Source of the DNA: Candidatus Omnitrophota bacterium
Lineage (GTDB): Bacteria; Omnitrophota; Gorgyraeia; Gygaellales; Profunditerraquicolaceae
NCBI GenBank assembly: GCA_040754255.1
Contig: JBFMDA010000003.1
Coordinates: forward strand, 1 to 54,710
Direction: 5' to 3'
Length of the DNA stretch: 54,710 nucleotides
The position numbers were made by a program, and so were the translations under genes. Under the pieces are notes generated by a model. The model worked only from the letters and a program-made list of their open reading frames with translations. It had not been told where the DNA came from and made no database searches. Below are positions 1 through 8,241 of this stretch, piece by piece; position 1 is the stretch's first letter, and each line of letters opens with the position of its first letter.

Positions 1-1639
1 TGAAGACCTCAAGTAGTGCGATAAGTTTATCCTGGGGCACGGAGAGCACCATCCGCTCCTGGGATTCGGAAATCCAGATCTCTGTGTACGTAAGGCCCCT
101 GTACTTTAACGGCACCTTGCACAGTTCAACCTTTGCCCCCAGATCCTTGCCCATTTCTCCTACGGCGGATGATAACCCGCCTGCGCCGCAGTCGGTAATG
201 GCATTATACAGGTTGAGGTCGCGCGCCTTGATGATAGTATCCAATATCTTTTTTTCTTCTATGGGGTTGCCGATCTGCACAGAGCCGCTGGAAACAATCT
301 CCGACTTATGCGTCAATTCCCCCGAAGAGAATGTTGCCCCGTGTATGCCGTCCCTGCCGGTTGCCCCGCCTACCAAAACAATCGCATCCCCCTTAAGCGG
401 CTCTTTAAACGATTTTTCCTTGGGTAAGATTCCGGCAGTGCCGCAATAGACAAGCGGGTTGCCGATAAACTGCTCGTGGAACAATATCGCGCCGTTTATT
501 GTCGGTATGCCCATTTTGTTGCCGTAATCGCGCACCCCTGAAACCACGCCTTTTAAAATGCGCTTGGGATGCAGGGTGCCTGCGGGCAGCTTATGCATGG
601 GGTAATCAAAGGGCGCGAAACAGAAGATGTCGGTATTGCAGACAGGCTTGGCCCCAAGCCCTGTGCCCAGGCAGTCCCTGATTACTCCGCCCACCCCGGT
701 ATTTGCCCCGCCAAAGGGCTCAAGCGCAGAAGGATGGTTATGCGTTTCTACCTTAAAACAGATATTGTGTTTTTCGTCAAATTTTATGATGCCGGCATTA
801 TCCTGGAATACCGAGATACACCAGCTTTTGTTTAATTCCCTGGTTACCCGCATGATGGTTGCCTTAAGCAGGTTATTGATCATTACGGGCCGGGAATGAT
901 TTTCGTAATATTTGATCTTGCCCCGGAAGGTCTTGTGCTGGCAGTGCTCTGACCAGGTTTGCGCAATGGTCTCCAGTTCGCAGTCAGTGGGGTTGCGCTT
1001 AAGCCCCTGAAAATAATGCTTGATCTGTTTCATTTCCTGGAGGCTCAAGAACAGCTGGCCCTGGCTGCTTATCCGTTTTAATTTCGTATCCGATGCTTTC
1101 AAGAGGTCAACCGTTAAGACACCTGCCTCATTTTTATCGGGCGCCCTGGGGTTTTCGTGGCTTAAGAATGCAGCGGGGTTTTTGACGATATGCTGGATTA
1201 ATTTATTGCAGAGCAATTTCTCGGAGATGACTTTAAGCTGCTGGTCGGTAAGCTTTCCTTCGATGCAATATTTTTTTGCGGTCCTGACACTGCGCACGCG
1301 CGAGATCCTTAAGTCGGCAATCCCCTTCATCGCCGATTCTTCAACCGGGTCCATCACGCCGGGGTTATAGGCGACGTAGATGACAAAGCGGCTGGTGCCT
1401 TTTAGGTGCGGGGATTCAAAATCATTGATGGCATACTCCTGGACAATGGGGTCGACGAGCAGGCGCTCGCTGATCCTGCGTATTTCTTCCTCAAGCAGGT
1501 TGCCTTCTATGATATATATTTGGCTGAAGCCTACGGAACTGACTGGTTTGACGCCTAAATCATGGACATCTTTTTTAACGCCCTCTCCGATGGCATCAAA
1601 GATGCCGGGCTTGTCCTTTACCTCGATGACCCAGAACAT
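1..1639 (-). CDS. purL: Phosphoribosylformylglycinamidine synthase subunit PurL with N-terminal PurS-like repeats (3' end runs off the window)
   Basis: Not in the ORF track because it is truncated. Manual translation from the ATG at 1639 (GAGGAG RBS upstream) gives [15 protein letters not shown]...[24 protein letters not shown]..., which includes the PurL WSEHC motif. Confidence 0.93.
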   Translation of the reverse strand, partial: MFWVIEVKDKPGIFDAIGEGVKKDVHDLGVKPVSSVGFSQIYIIEGNLLEEEIRRISERLLVDPIVQEYAINDFESPHLKGTSRFVIYVAYNPGVMDPVEESAMKGIADLRISRVRSVRTAKKYCIEGKLTDQQLKVISEKLLCNKLIQHIVKNPAAFLSHENPRAPDKNEAGVLTVDLLKASDTKLKRISSQGQLFLSLQEMKQIKHYFQGLKRNPTDCELETIAQTWSEHCQHKTFRGKIKYYENHSRPVMINNLLKATIMRVTRELNKSWCISVFQDNAGIIKFDEKHNICFKVETHNHPSALEPFGGANTGVGGVIRDCLGTGLGAKPVCNTDIFCFAPFDYPMHKLPAGTLHPKRILKGVVSGVRDYGNKMGIPTINGAILFHEQFIGNPLVYCGTAGILPKEKSFKEPLKGDAIVLVGGATGRDGIHGATFSSGELTHKSEIVSSGSVQIGNPIEEKKILDTIIKARDLNLYNAITDCGAGGLSSAVGEMGKDLGAKVELCKVPLKYRGLTYTEIWISESQERMVLSVPQDKLIALLEVF

Positions 1640-1702
1640 AGAAACTCCTCAAACCTAAGCGGCGGGAAGCGCCTCTTTTTATGCAGACCGGCTTTTGTAT
1701 CG

Positions 1703-2593
1703 TTACTGTTTGATAAGAAGTGGCTTTTTACGCAAATTCTCCTCGTCAGGGTTTACCGCCCGGAACATCGGCATATTCGCTTCTGTGGCAACATAAATGA
1801 CGTTAGGGTTCTGGTTCAGGGTGTTGATCCAGAGGTATTGAAGATACCGCGCAGTAAGGCTCTGGTCAATGATTGTCTGCGCATCGCGGATGCCTCCGGC
1901 CTCAACGCGTTTTCTCTCCGCTTCAAGGTTCTCCCTCTGTAAGATAAATTTCATCCGTTCTGCTTCCTGCTCGGCTTTCAGTTTCTGCTCAATCGCCTGG
2001 CTCACTGTGGGAGGAAGCTGAATGCCTCTTAACAGGACGCGCTCAAGGACAATTCCCCTGTCAGCAAGCATTTTCTGCAGGTCCTTGAAAACTGCCTGGG
2101 CAAGCATCTCTCTTTCGGAAGTATATAACGCCTTGGCCTCATAAGAAACAGTAACCCCTCGTGCCGCAGAGCGAAACGTCGGGGCAACGATTACATCCCT
2201 ATAGAATGGCCCGACTGTTTTATATATCTCTACGGCCTTGTTAGGGTCAAGCCGGTAGAGGATGGAGATATCCAAATTGATGGTCAACCCCTCTTTGGAA
2301 GGAACTGGCATAAGCTCCAGGGCCTCCAGGGTCCTGATGGAAAGGGGGATAACTTTTGCCAGGGGATTGACGAGGTTGATGCCGCTGCGCAGGTAATTGG
2401 GTGAAACCCGGCCGAAGAAGTCTACCACGCCGACGTATCCTGCAGGCACTATCCTTACCGCAGCAAAAAGAAGCCCTGCTACCAGGCCTATGATGGTAGT
2501 GATAACTACGGGCTTTATGGAGCCTGTCCTTGAAGTCTGCACAAAAATCACCCCTACCATAAATCCGAGCACAAGTATAATTAGAATCCCCAT
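1703..2593 (-). CDS. SPFH/prohibitin (band 7) family membrane protein
   Basis: N-terminal transmembrane helices, VRIVPAGYVGVV, SKEGL, and C-terminal AIEQKLKAEQEAER coiled coil typical of prohibitin-like proteins. Confidence 0.9.
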   Translation of the reverse strand: MGILIILVLGFMVGVIFVQTSRTGSIKPVVITTIIGLVAGLLFAAVRIVPAGYVGVVDFFGRVSPNYLRSGINLVNPLAKVIPLSIRTLEALELMPVPSKEGLTINLDISILYRLDPNKAVEIYKTVGPFYRDVIVAPTFRSAARGVTVSYEAKALYTSEREMLAQAVFKDLQKMLADRGIVLERVLLRGIQLPPTVSQAIEQKLKAEQEAERMKFILQRENLEAERKRVEAGGIRDAQTIIDQSLTARYLQYLWINTLNQNPNVIYVATEANMPMFRAVNPDEENLRKKPLLIKQ

Positions 2594-2772
2594 CTCCTGC
2601 CTCCTTTTCCTGTATGCCTAAAATACTCTTGTAATATTTTCTTTACCCCCAACGCCAAAATCCCTAGAAACGTCACAGCCAGCAGTTTCCCGGGCTTAAG
2701 TTTACGTTTGTACATCACCCAGGCTAAACCGGAAAGGAACCCAAGTATGGTAAAGGATAGAATGACAAACAT
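2581..2772 (-). CDS. Small hypothetical membrane protein
   Basis: 63 aa with two hydrophobic segments; fills the gap between purB and the SPFH gene. Confidence 0.5.
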   Translation of the reverse strand: MFVILSFTILGFLSGLAWVMYKRKLKPGKLLAVTFLGILALGVKKILQEYFRHTGKGGRRWGF

Positions 2773-2781
2773 CGTGAGGGA

Positions 2782-4074
2782 TTATAGCTTCAGCCTTCTA
2801 AAAATGGCGCTTATGTTGCGTAAATAATAATTGAGGTCAAAAAGCCTCTCAAGCTCCTTTGCGCCAAGCACTTTTGAGACTTCCTTATCTGCTAAGAGCT
2901 CCTCTTTAAACGTGCGATGGCCGCGCCAGGTCTTCATCGCGCACCTCTGGACCAGGTCATACGCCTTCATCCGGCCAAGCCCCTTATCCATGAGTGCTAA
3001 AAGCACGCGCTGCGAGAAAATAAGGCCTTTGGTCTTGATAAGGTTGGCCATCATATGCTCCGGATACACTAACAGCCCTTCCATTACTTCAATACATTTG
3101 TGCAGCATATAGTCAAGGGCAAGCGTTGCATCCGGTATGATAATGCGCTCTACGCTGGAATGGCTGATATCGCGCTCATGCCATAAGGTAATATTTTCCA
3201 TTGCCGCCACTGCATGGCCGCGCAATAAGCGGGCAAGCCCGCAGATACGCTCGCAGATAACCGGGTTTCTTTTATGCGGCATGGCTGATGAGCCTTTCTG
3301 GCCCTTGCCGAACGGCTCTTCCGCCTCTAAAACCTCTGTCCTCTGCAAATGCCTTATTTCAGTGGCAAATTTTTCCAATGACGAGCCGATAATGGCAAGG
3401 GTGGTAAGGTATTGGGCATACACATCGCGCTGAATGACCTGGGTAGAGATGGCAGCGGGCTTGAGCCCAAGCTTCCTGCACACATACGCTTCGACTGCGG
3501 GACTAATATTGGAGTAGGTGCCTACTGCGCCTGATATCTTGCCGGTTGCAACATTGGCTTCAGCTTCCTGCAGGCGCGCAAGATTGCGCACAGTCTCGTC
3601 GTACCAAAGCGCTAACTTTAAGCCGAATGTGGTCGGCTCTGCGTGCACCCCGTGCGTGCGGCCGATGCAGACAGTGTCCTTATGCAGCTTTGCCTTTTTG
3701 GCAAGCACACTGGCAAGCTTCTTTAAATCCTGCCGTAGTATTGTTGAGGCCTCAACCAGTTGGACACCAAGGGTGGTATCCAGGAGGTCAGAAGAAGTCA
3801 GCCCCATATGCAGGTATTTTGCGTCTGCCCCAAGATTTTGGCCTACGCAGGATACGAATGCCACCACATCATGTTGTGTCTTCTCTTCGATTTGCCTGAT
3901 ACGGGAGAGGCTGTATTTTGCCTTTTTCTTGATGCGCGTAAGTGCCGAGTGAGGGATGCTGCCTTGCGTTGCCTGCGCTTCAGCCACAAGCAGCTCGATT
4001 GAAAGCATTACCTTAAATTTGTTTGCGTCCTGCCAGATGGCAGCCATCTGCGGCAAGCTATATCTCTCAATCAA
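2782..4074 (-). CDS. purB: Adenylosuccinate lyase
   Basis: GSSAMPHKRNP signature, GRTHGVHAEPTT, HERDISHSSVER. Start reassigned to the TTG at 4074 (MIERYSLP), which follows an AAGGAG RBS. Confidence 0.97.
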   Translation of the reverse strand: MIERYSLPQMAAIWQDANKFKVMLSIELLVAEAQATQGSIPHSALTRIKKKAKYSLSRIRQIEEKTQHDVVAFVSCVGQNLGADAKYLHMGLTSSDLLDTTLGVQLVEASTILRQDLKKLASVLAKKAKLHKDTVCIGRTHGVHAEPTTFGLKLALWYDETVRNLARLQEAEANVATGKISGAVGTYSNISPAVEAYVCRKLGLKPAAISTQVIQRDVYAQYLTTLAIIGSSLEKFATEIRHLQRTEVLEAEEPFGKGQKGSSAMPHKRNPVICERICGLARLLRGHAVAAMENITLWHERDISHSSVERIIIPDATLALDYMLHKCIEVMEGLLVYPEHMMANLIKTKGLIFSQRVLLALMDKGLGRMKAYDLVQRCAMKTWRGHRTFKEELLADKEVSKVLGAKELERLFDLNYYLRNISAIFRRLKL

Positions 4075-4098
4075 GGCATTCTCCTTTGTAGGGCTCAT

Positions 4099-4127
4099 AT
4101 TATAACAAAAAAACAGGCATTCTGCAA
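4099..4127 (-). promoter_or_regulatory. Sigma70-type promoter of purB
   Basis: Minus strand TTGCAG-17 nt-TATAAT with an extended -10 TG. Confidence 0.7.
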
Positions 4128-4157
4128 ATAAAATAGATAGGCCCTTAAAAAAATATA

Positions 4158-4185
4158 TTGACAAAACCGGAAAAAGTGGTAGTAT
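4158..4185 (+). promoter_or_regulatory. Sigma70-type promoter of the cold-shock gene
   Basis: TTGACA-16 nt-TAGTAT with TG extension (TGGTAGTAT), divergent from the purB promoter. Confidence 0.65.
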
Positions 4186-4233
4186 TAATGAAATAGTTAA
4201 GAAGTTAGTAGATGTGGAAAGAAACCCAGAATT

Positions 4234-4274
4234 AACCGTAAAGCAATGTCACTAAAGCGCTTTACGGTTTTTTT
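4234..4274 (+). terminator. Terminator-like hairpin inside the csp 5' leader (possible attenuator)
   Basis: AACCGTAAAGC (4234-4244) pairs with GCTTTACGGTT (4259-4269), ending in a 7-T run; lies between the promoter and the RBS. Confidence 0.55.
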
Positions 4275-4306
4275 GTTAACGAGTGGAAGGGGGTGAAAAG
4301 TAACAA

Positions 4307-4519
4307 ATGGCACGAGGCAAAGTAAAATGGTTCAGCAACCAGAAGGGGTATGGTTTTATAACCTCTCAAGAAGGCAAGGACATTTTTGTACACTACAGCG
4401 CAATTAAAGGAGACGGGTATAAAAGCCTGCAGGAAGGCGATGAGGTCGAATTTGAGGTGACCCAGGGCCCTAAAGGCGAACAGGCAACCAACGTCAGCAA
4501 AGCCCAGGCAGCAGCATAA
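4307..4519 (+). CDS. Cold-shock protein (CspA family)
   Basis: GKVKWF, KGYGFI (RNP1) and DIFVHYS (RNP2) motifs; 70 aa. Confidence 0.97.
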   Translation: MARGKVKWFSNQKGYGFITSQEGKDIFVHYSAIKGDGYKSLQEGDEVEFEVTQGPKGEQATNVSKAQAAA

Positions 4520-4536
4520 TATAACCTAAAAAAATA

Positions 4537-4577
4537 AAAAAAGCCGTTGTAACTTATTAAGAGACAGCGGCTTTTTT
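4537..4577. terminator. Bidirectional intrinsic terminator after csp
   Basis: AAAAAAGCCGTTGT ... ACAGCGGCTTTTTT inverted repeat flanked by A and T runs. Confidence 0.8.
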
Positions 4578-4599
4578 GTTGGGGGGAGGGGACAAAAGG

Positions 4600-4646
4600 A
4601 GCCCCCCCCTTCTGCTATCATAGATATGAGAAGAAGGGAAATCTAA
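4600..4646. repeat. Boundary motif copy 1 (CCCTTCT..AT.ATAGA-N11-GGGAAATCTAA)
   Basis: Imperfect direct repeat of 7267-7312; the GGGAAATCTAA core also occurs at 5540-5550. Confidence 0.75.
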
Positions 4647-4693
4647 TGGGATTTTTAGTGCATCAAAAATGACTGGAAGGATAGGATTGTTTT

Positions 4694-5467
4694 TTATAGA
4701 AAGATTGGATGTTTATTGATCTTCTTTAACAATTCTTGATTTGTACCATCAACTTTTACTACATTATCAGTTATATCTTCACAAAACACATACTCGCTAA
4801 TCGTATATCCATTTAAAAAAAACATCATTTTTGAAAATAATTTTTGTAATTTAGCATGAAGAAAACTAACTTTATTAGTTAAATTTAATATTTTAATCAG
4901 AGTCTTTTCTGTATTATTACATAATTGCTTTTTAATTATAGAACGGTGTGGTAAATTATCATAAAAAACAATACAATCTCCCTCCGGGTCCTTTCTGCTC
5001 TTGAATTTGACGCCGTATATCTTCTTATTATTTAGCTCTTTCATATATAGACGGTAAAGCTCATGCTCAAAGTCGCTTTGCTCTTTTTCTGTTCTAAAAT
5101 ACTGATCGGGTCTTAAGTAATCTCTCTCGATACCTTGTTCATTACAAACTTGATTTAAATCTAAAATCCTTGCAATTTTGTGAATAACTTTTAGTTGATA
5201 AAGCCTCACGTTGCCCACATAATCCTCGGTTTCTTTAAAAACTGTATGCATTCTAGTGGTTGCATAAGAAGCAGCGGTAGGATGATAAGTAAGATAAAAT
5301 CCTTGTTTCTCGATTGGTGCGGCTGTCGTAAAAGTTGTGCTGCTGTGCTGAAATGCTAAGGGGTTTTTAGCTGTTCTTCTATAAAGAATAAAGTCTTTCT
5401 CCAGTATTATTAGATGCTTTTCTTCTATCCTATTAATATCTAAGTCTTTTATTGTCTTTTCGCTCAT
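4694..5467 (-). CDS. Degenerate RES-domain-like protein
   Basis: RES-like layout: ILYRR, FYLTYHPTAA, RILDL, GVKFKSRKDPEGDCIVFYD. The usual GRF arginine and conserved glutamate appear to be replaced. Confidence 0.55.
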   Translation of the reverse strand: MSEKTIKDLDINRIEEKHLIILEKDFILYRRTAKNPLAFQHSSTTFTTAAPIEKQGFYLTYHPTAASYATTRMHTVFKETEDYVGNVRLYQLKVIHKIARILDLNQVCNEQGIERDYLRPDQYFRTEKEQSDFEHELYRLYMKELNNKKIYGVKFKSRKDPEGDCIVFYDNLPHRSIIKKQLCNNTEKTLIKILNLTNKVSFLHAKLQKLFSKMMFFLNGYTISEYVFCEDITDNVVKVDGTNQELLKKINKHPIFL

Positions 5468-5539
5468 TTGCTAAATACTATACCACTACTACTTCAAAAT
5501 GGTAAGAGCACATTAAAGGAGTTAACAGGTGTGAGAAAT

Positions 5540-5551
5540 GGGAAATCTAAC
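5540..5551. repeat. Boundary motif core copy 2 (GGGAAATCTAAC)
   Basis: Identical 11-12 nt core between the SIR2-like and RES-like genes. Confidence 0.6.
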
Positions 5552-5561
5552 TTAGACATAA

Positions 5562-6551
5562 TCATATCAAGGTATCAAAAATAACAGTATTCCAAGCTTC
5601 GTTAATACATATCAATCTATTCGATCCTCCTATTGATTTTTTAGCCTCAGCACAATGATCTTGGTTTGAGTTAATATATACGAATTTCGTGCCTCTAGCA
5701 GGTATGGATTGAGAATAATCTTTTAGAAGTTCCCTAATAAAGATGTCGGCTGCTGGTAAAGAATAACCGACCACAAATACAAATTTTGCTATTTTCAAGT
5801 CCGCCTTTGCTAATCTCACTAACTCAGCAAATATTCCTTTATAGTTTTTTTGGATTAAGGGAGGAATAATAACTGGCGGCGAACGGAAAGCAATGTGAGG
5901 AACCGACGAATAGTTATTAAAACTATAGACATATTCTTGACTATTTCCATTTTTCCAAATAACATGCGGCTTCCAATCATTTGCCATATTCATATTTGGC
6001 ACATTGGCTTTCAGCCAATTAGCAGAACCATGGAGCTTTCGGATAAAGACACCGCTCGCGTCTACAACACTTCCTAAATAAACAACATTTTTCCCAATTT
6101 CTGAAATCATTTTTTCTAATACCAAATCATAATTTAAAGTGATAAATCTGATTTCGAATTGAGACATTTTTCCGCTTAACCATTTTTTAAAATCGTGGTA
6201 CCTCTTATCCCGACTAGCTTTATTTCCTAGTTCTAATAAATGACCACATAGATTATCCAAGTAAGCCTCATAATAACCTCTACCTGAATTTTGATTATTA
6301 AAGTTTGGTATTAAATCTTGGTAATTATCTATATAAGCAGACCATATAGAAAGTAATAATTCAATATCCCTAATATTATTATTGCGAAAATAAGAAATGG
6401 GATATTTCTTTAAGCATTGATTAAAATATTGCGGTACGGGATGACGAGCACTAAGACAGATATCCCAAAGCTCTAAAGAACTGGGAAAACCGAAGCCTTG
6501 AGAAAATCCATTACCTACAATAAATACACAGACTGGTTTTTGCATTATCAT
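5562..6551 (-). CDS. SIR2-like (SIR2_2/AbiH-related) protein, putative NADase
   Basis: FIVGNGFS, ITLNYD, KLHGS, IIPP and VVGYSLPAAD motifs of defence-type SIR2 domains. Confidence 0.85.
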   Translation of the reverse strand: MIMQKPVCVFIVGNGFSQGFGFPSSLELWDICLSARHPVPQYFNQCLKKYPISYFRNNNIRDIELLLSIWSAYIDNYQDLIPNFNNQNSGRGYYEAYLDNLCGHLLELGNKASRDKRYHDFKKWLSGKMSQFEIRFITLNYDLVLEKMISEIGKNVVYLGSVVDASGVFIRKLHGSANWLKANVPNMNMANDWKPHVIWKNGNSQEYVYSFNNYSSVPHIAFRSPPVIIPPLIQKNYKGIFAELVRLAKADLKIAKFVFVVGYSLPAADIFIRELLKDYSQSIPARGTKFVYINSNQDHCAEAKKSIGGSNRLICINEAWNTVIFDTLI

Positions 6552-6760
6552 TTATCCTTTTGGTTTAATTATACCACTTGCTTATCAAAATGGTGAATGA
6601 TTAAGAAAGGGCAACTATCAATTCACATCCGAATATTGCGTAGTGCTCACAATGCGCTAACTGTAAGTCTTCTAGCAGAATTTAACTGTTTTTTCGTGGA
6701 ATGTTTAAGGGGTTAAACTGGTCGCAATTTGCGGCCACCTCTTCTTTTCTAAAGCTATCC

Positions 6761-7261
6761 TTACATGCGAAATCCAATCGGAGGCTTAGGCTTTACTGCT
6801 GGCTCTAATAGCTGTTTAATTGCCTGGAACACTATCGCAAACTGTTTATCGTATTTCTTCTCCATTGCTTCAATTTTGCGGCGAAGGCCACTATTGGTCA
6901 AAAGCATACGCCTTAATTGGGTAAAGGCGCGCATAACCTGTATATTTACCATAATTGCGCGTTCACTATTTAATACGCTTGAGAGCATAGCTACGCCTTC
7001 TTGGGTAAAGACAAAAGGAGGGTATCTTCTACCTCCGCGTTTTGAGGTCGCAATTTGCGACCTCAAAAAATCAGCTTCTTCTTCTGTGAGCTGAAACATA
7101 AAATCCTCAGGAAACCTTTTTCTGTTCCTTGCCACCTGTTCATTTAATCGTTTTGTCTTTACCTCATAAAGTAGGGCCAAATCCTTATCCAGCATTACTC
7201 TTTTGCCTCTAATAATTAAAATCTTTGAGACGATTACTTCTGCGGGAACTGCATTTGACAT
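6761..7261 (-). CDS. ORF6N domain DNA-binding protein
   Basis: IRGKRVMLDKDLALLYEV, RNRKRFPEDFMFQL, FTQEGVAMLSSVL, C-terminal IGF. Confidence 0.92.
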   Translation of the reverse strand: MSNAVPAEVIVSKILIIRGKRVMLDKDLALLYEVKTKRLNEQVARNRKRFPEDFMFQLTEEEADFLRSQIATSKRGGRRYPPFVFTQEGVAMLSSVLNSERAIMVNIQVMRAFTQLRRMLLTNSGLRRKIEAMEKKYDKQFAIVFQAIKQLLEPAVKPKPPIGFRM

Positions 7262-7266
7262 CTTTT

Positions 7267-7313
7267 AGCCCTCCCTTCTACAATAATAGACGAGGGCAAA
7301 GGGGAAATCTAAC
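7267..7313. repeat. Boundary motif copy 3
   Basis: AGCCCTCCCTTCTACAATAATAGA-N11-GGGAAATCTAAC, matching 4600-4646; lies directly upstream of the ORF6N start. Confidence 0.75.
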
Positions 7314-7320
7314 TAGAAAT

Positions 7321-7346
7321 AAAAAAGAGGAGTTTTTAACTCCTCT
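7321..7346 (-). terminator. Intrinsic terminator downstream of tRNA-Phe
   Basis: Minus strand AGAGGAGT-TAAAA-ACTCCTCT followed by a T run. Confidence 0.75.
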
Positions 7347-7370
7347 GGGGGGGGTATAACTTCCTGATTA

Positions 7371-7582
7371 TTTAGCTCCGAACGCTTCTACTTTACAATG
7401 GGCGGGCGTTCGGAGTAAAATTCCTTGCAAAAAGATGCTGGGGGAATTTTAGCACCCCAGCTATAAAAAACATAGCTGGGGTGTAAATTGCCGGAACTAA
7501 ACTAGGGCAATTTATGCCTAGCTCCGAACTTTCTAGCTCCGAAATCCTAACGGAGTTCGGAGTCGGCACGTGAAGTAAAATT
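7371..7582. repeat. Array of five consecutive inverted repeats in the tRNA-Phe 3' trailer
   Basis: Stems 7376-7385/7406-7415, 7416-7424/7443-7451, 7453-7464/7472-7483, 7484-7492/7506-7514 and 7522-7530/7554-7562; TAGCTCCGAA occurs three times. Confidence 0.8.
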
Positions 7583-7583
7583 A

Positions 7584-7658
7584 TGGTGCCGAGGGAGGGA
7601 ATCGGACCCCCCACGCCGGCCTTTTCAGGGCCGCGCTCTACCACTGAGCTACCTCGGC
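7584..7658 (-). tRNA. tRNA-Phe (GAA)
   Basis: Cloverleaf: GCCGAGG acceptor stem, D arm GCTC/GAGC, anticodon arm CGGCC-CTGAAAA-GGCCG, encoded CCA end. Confidence 0.96.
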
Positions 7659-7764
7659 GTTAGCTTACTTCGTAAGGATACTTCTTTTCGTATTGCGTAG
7701 AGAGTATTGCGTATTGCGTAAACGCGCCATTATACAACAGAATAACCCGCCCTACAACCAAAAA

Positions 7765-8151
7765 TCACTGCGCGGTTTCAAGAATCCTGGTAAACAATTC
7801 CTGTGCCAGGGCAAGATTGGGAAAATGGTGCTTGCGGCTGGAAACCCGGATACGGGTAGTGGTGCGGGTAAGCTTTACCAGCCTGATCCAGACGCGGCTT
7901 GCATCCACCTGTGCTTCGATAGTGCCGGATGCATAATCTTCCTGCGTCACCGTCCCGCGGTTCCTGCTTATTTCCGTTGCCGCGCTAAAAAGGCCGTTGT
8001 AGGGCTTATCGGTGTCTCCCTGAATCGTATCCCTGCTTACTGCGTATACGCCTGCCCCGCCTGCTGCAACGCCAAGCAGTAACGGAGAGCAGCCTGAATG
8101 TACGCTTACCAACCACAATACCAGGATACAAAACCCAGCTATCCTTTTCAT
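7765..8151 (-). CDS. Lipoprotein, DUF3568-like
   Basis: Signal peptide with a lipobox-like SGC, a Gly/Ala-rich AAGGAG segment and a small alpha/beta domain. Confidence 0.6.
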   Translation of the reverse strand: MKRIAGFCILVLWLVSVHSGCSPLLLGVAAGGAGVYAVSRDTIQGDTDKPYNGLFSAATEISRNRGTVTQEDYASGTIEAQVDASRVWIRLVKLTRTTTRIRVSSRKHHFPNLALAQELFTRILETAQ

Positions 8152-8241
8152 TTAAGCTCCTTGCGCGAGAATACTTTTATAAAACAAAAAATGCTCACTG
8201 TCAATATAATACTCCAGGACACAATGAGGAATAATAGCCCG

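Larger units (their letters stand above)
4600..7346. mobile_element. AT-rich accessory island / integrative element remnant at the 3' end of tRNA-Phe
   Basis: Visibly more AT-rich than the flanks (especially 4690-6600), adjacent to a tRNA, carries SIR2-like, RES-like and ORF6N genes and a repeated boundary motif. No integrase and no clear att duplication seen. Confidence 0.55.

Noticed and set aside
1200-1639. Tandem PurS-like repeats fused to PurL as a novelty
   Set aside because: PurS-like N-terminal domains fused to PurL are an established architecture.
84-1658. Several plus-strand ORFs
   Set aside because: They are antisense shadows of purL. The same applies to the many other plus-strand ORFs lying opposite well-supported minus-strand genes throughout the window.
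4578-4600. GGGGGGAGGGG as an att-site duplication of the tRNA-Phe 3' end
   Set aside because: Only about 7 nt (GGGAGGG) match, in low-complexity sequence; too weak to call an att site.
4600-7582. Classical integron cassette array
   Set aside because: GTTRRRY-like cores are present, but there are no paired RYYYAAC...GTTRRRY attC hairpins after the genes and no integron integrase in the window.
7393-7644. 83-aa minus-strand ORF in the track
   Set aside because: It overlaps the tRNA-Phe gene and the hairpin array, so it is a spurious translation.
7690-7721. GTATTGC repeated three times upstream of tRNA-Phe
   Set aside because: Short, low-copy heptamer repeat with no supportable function.
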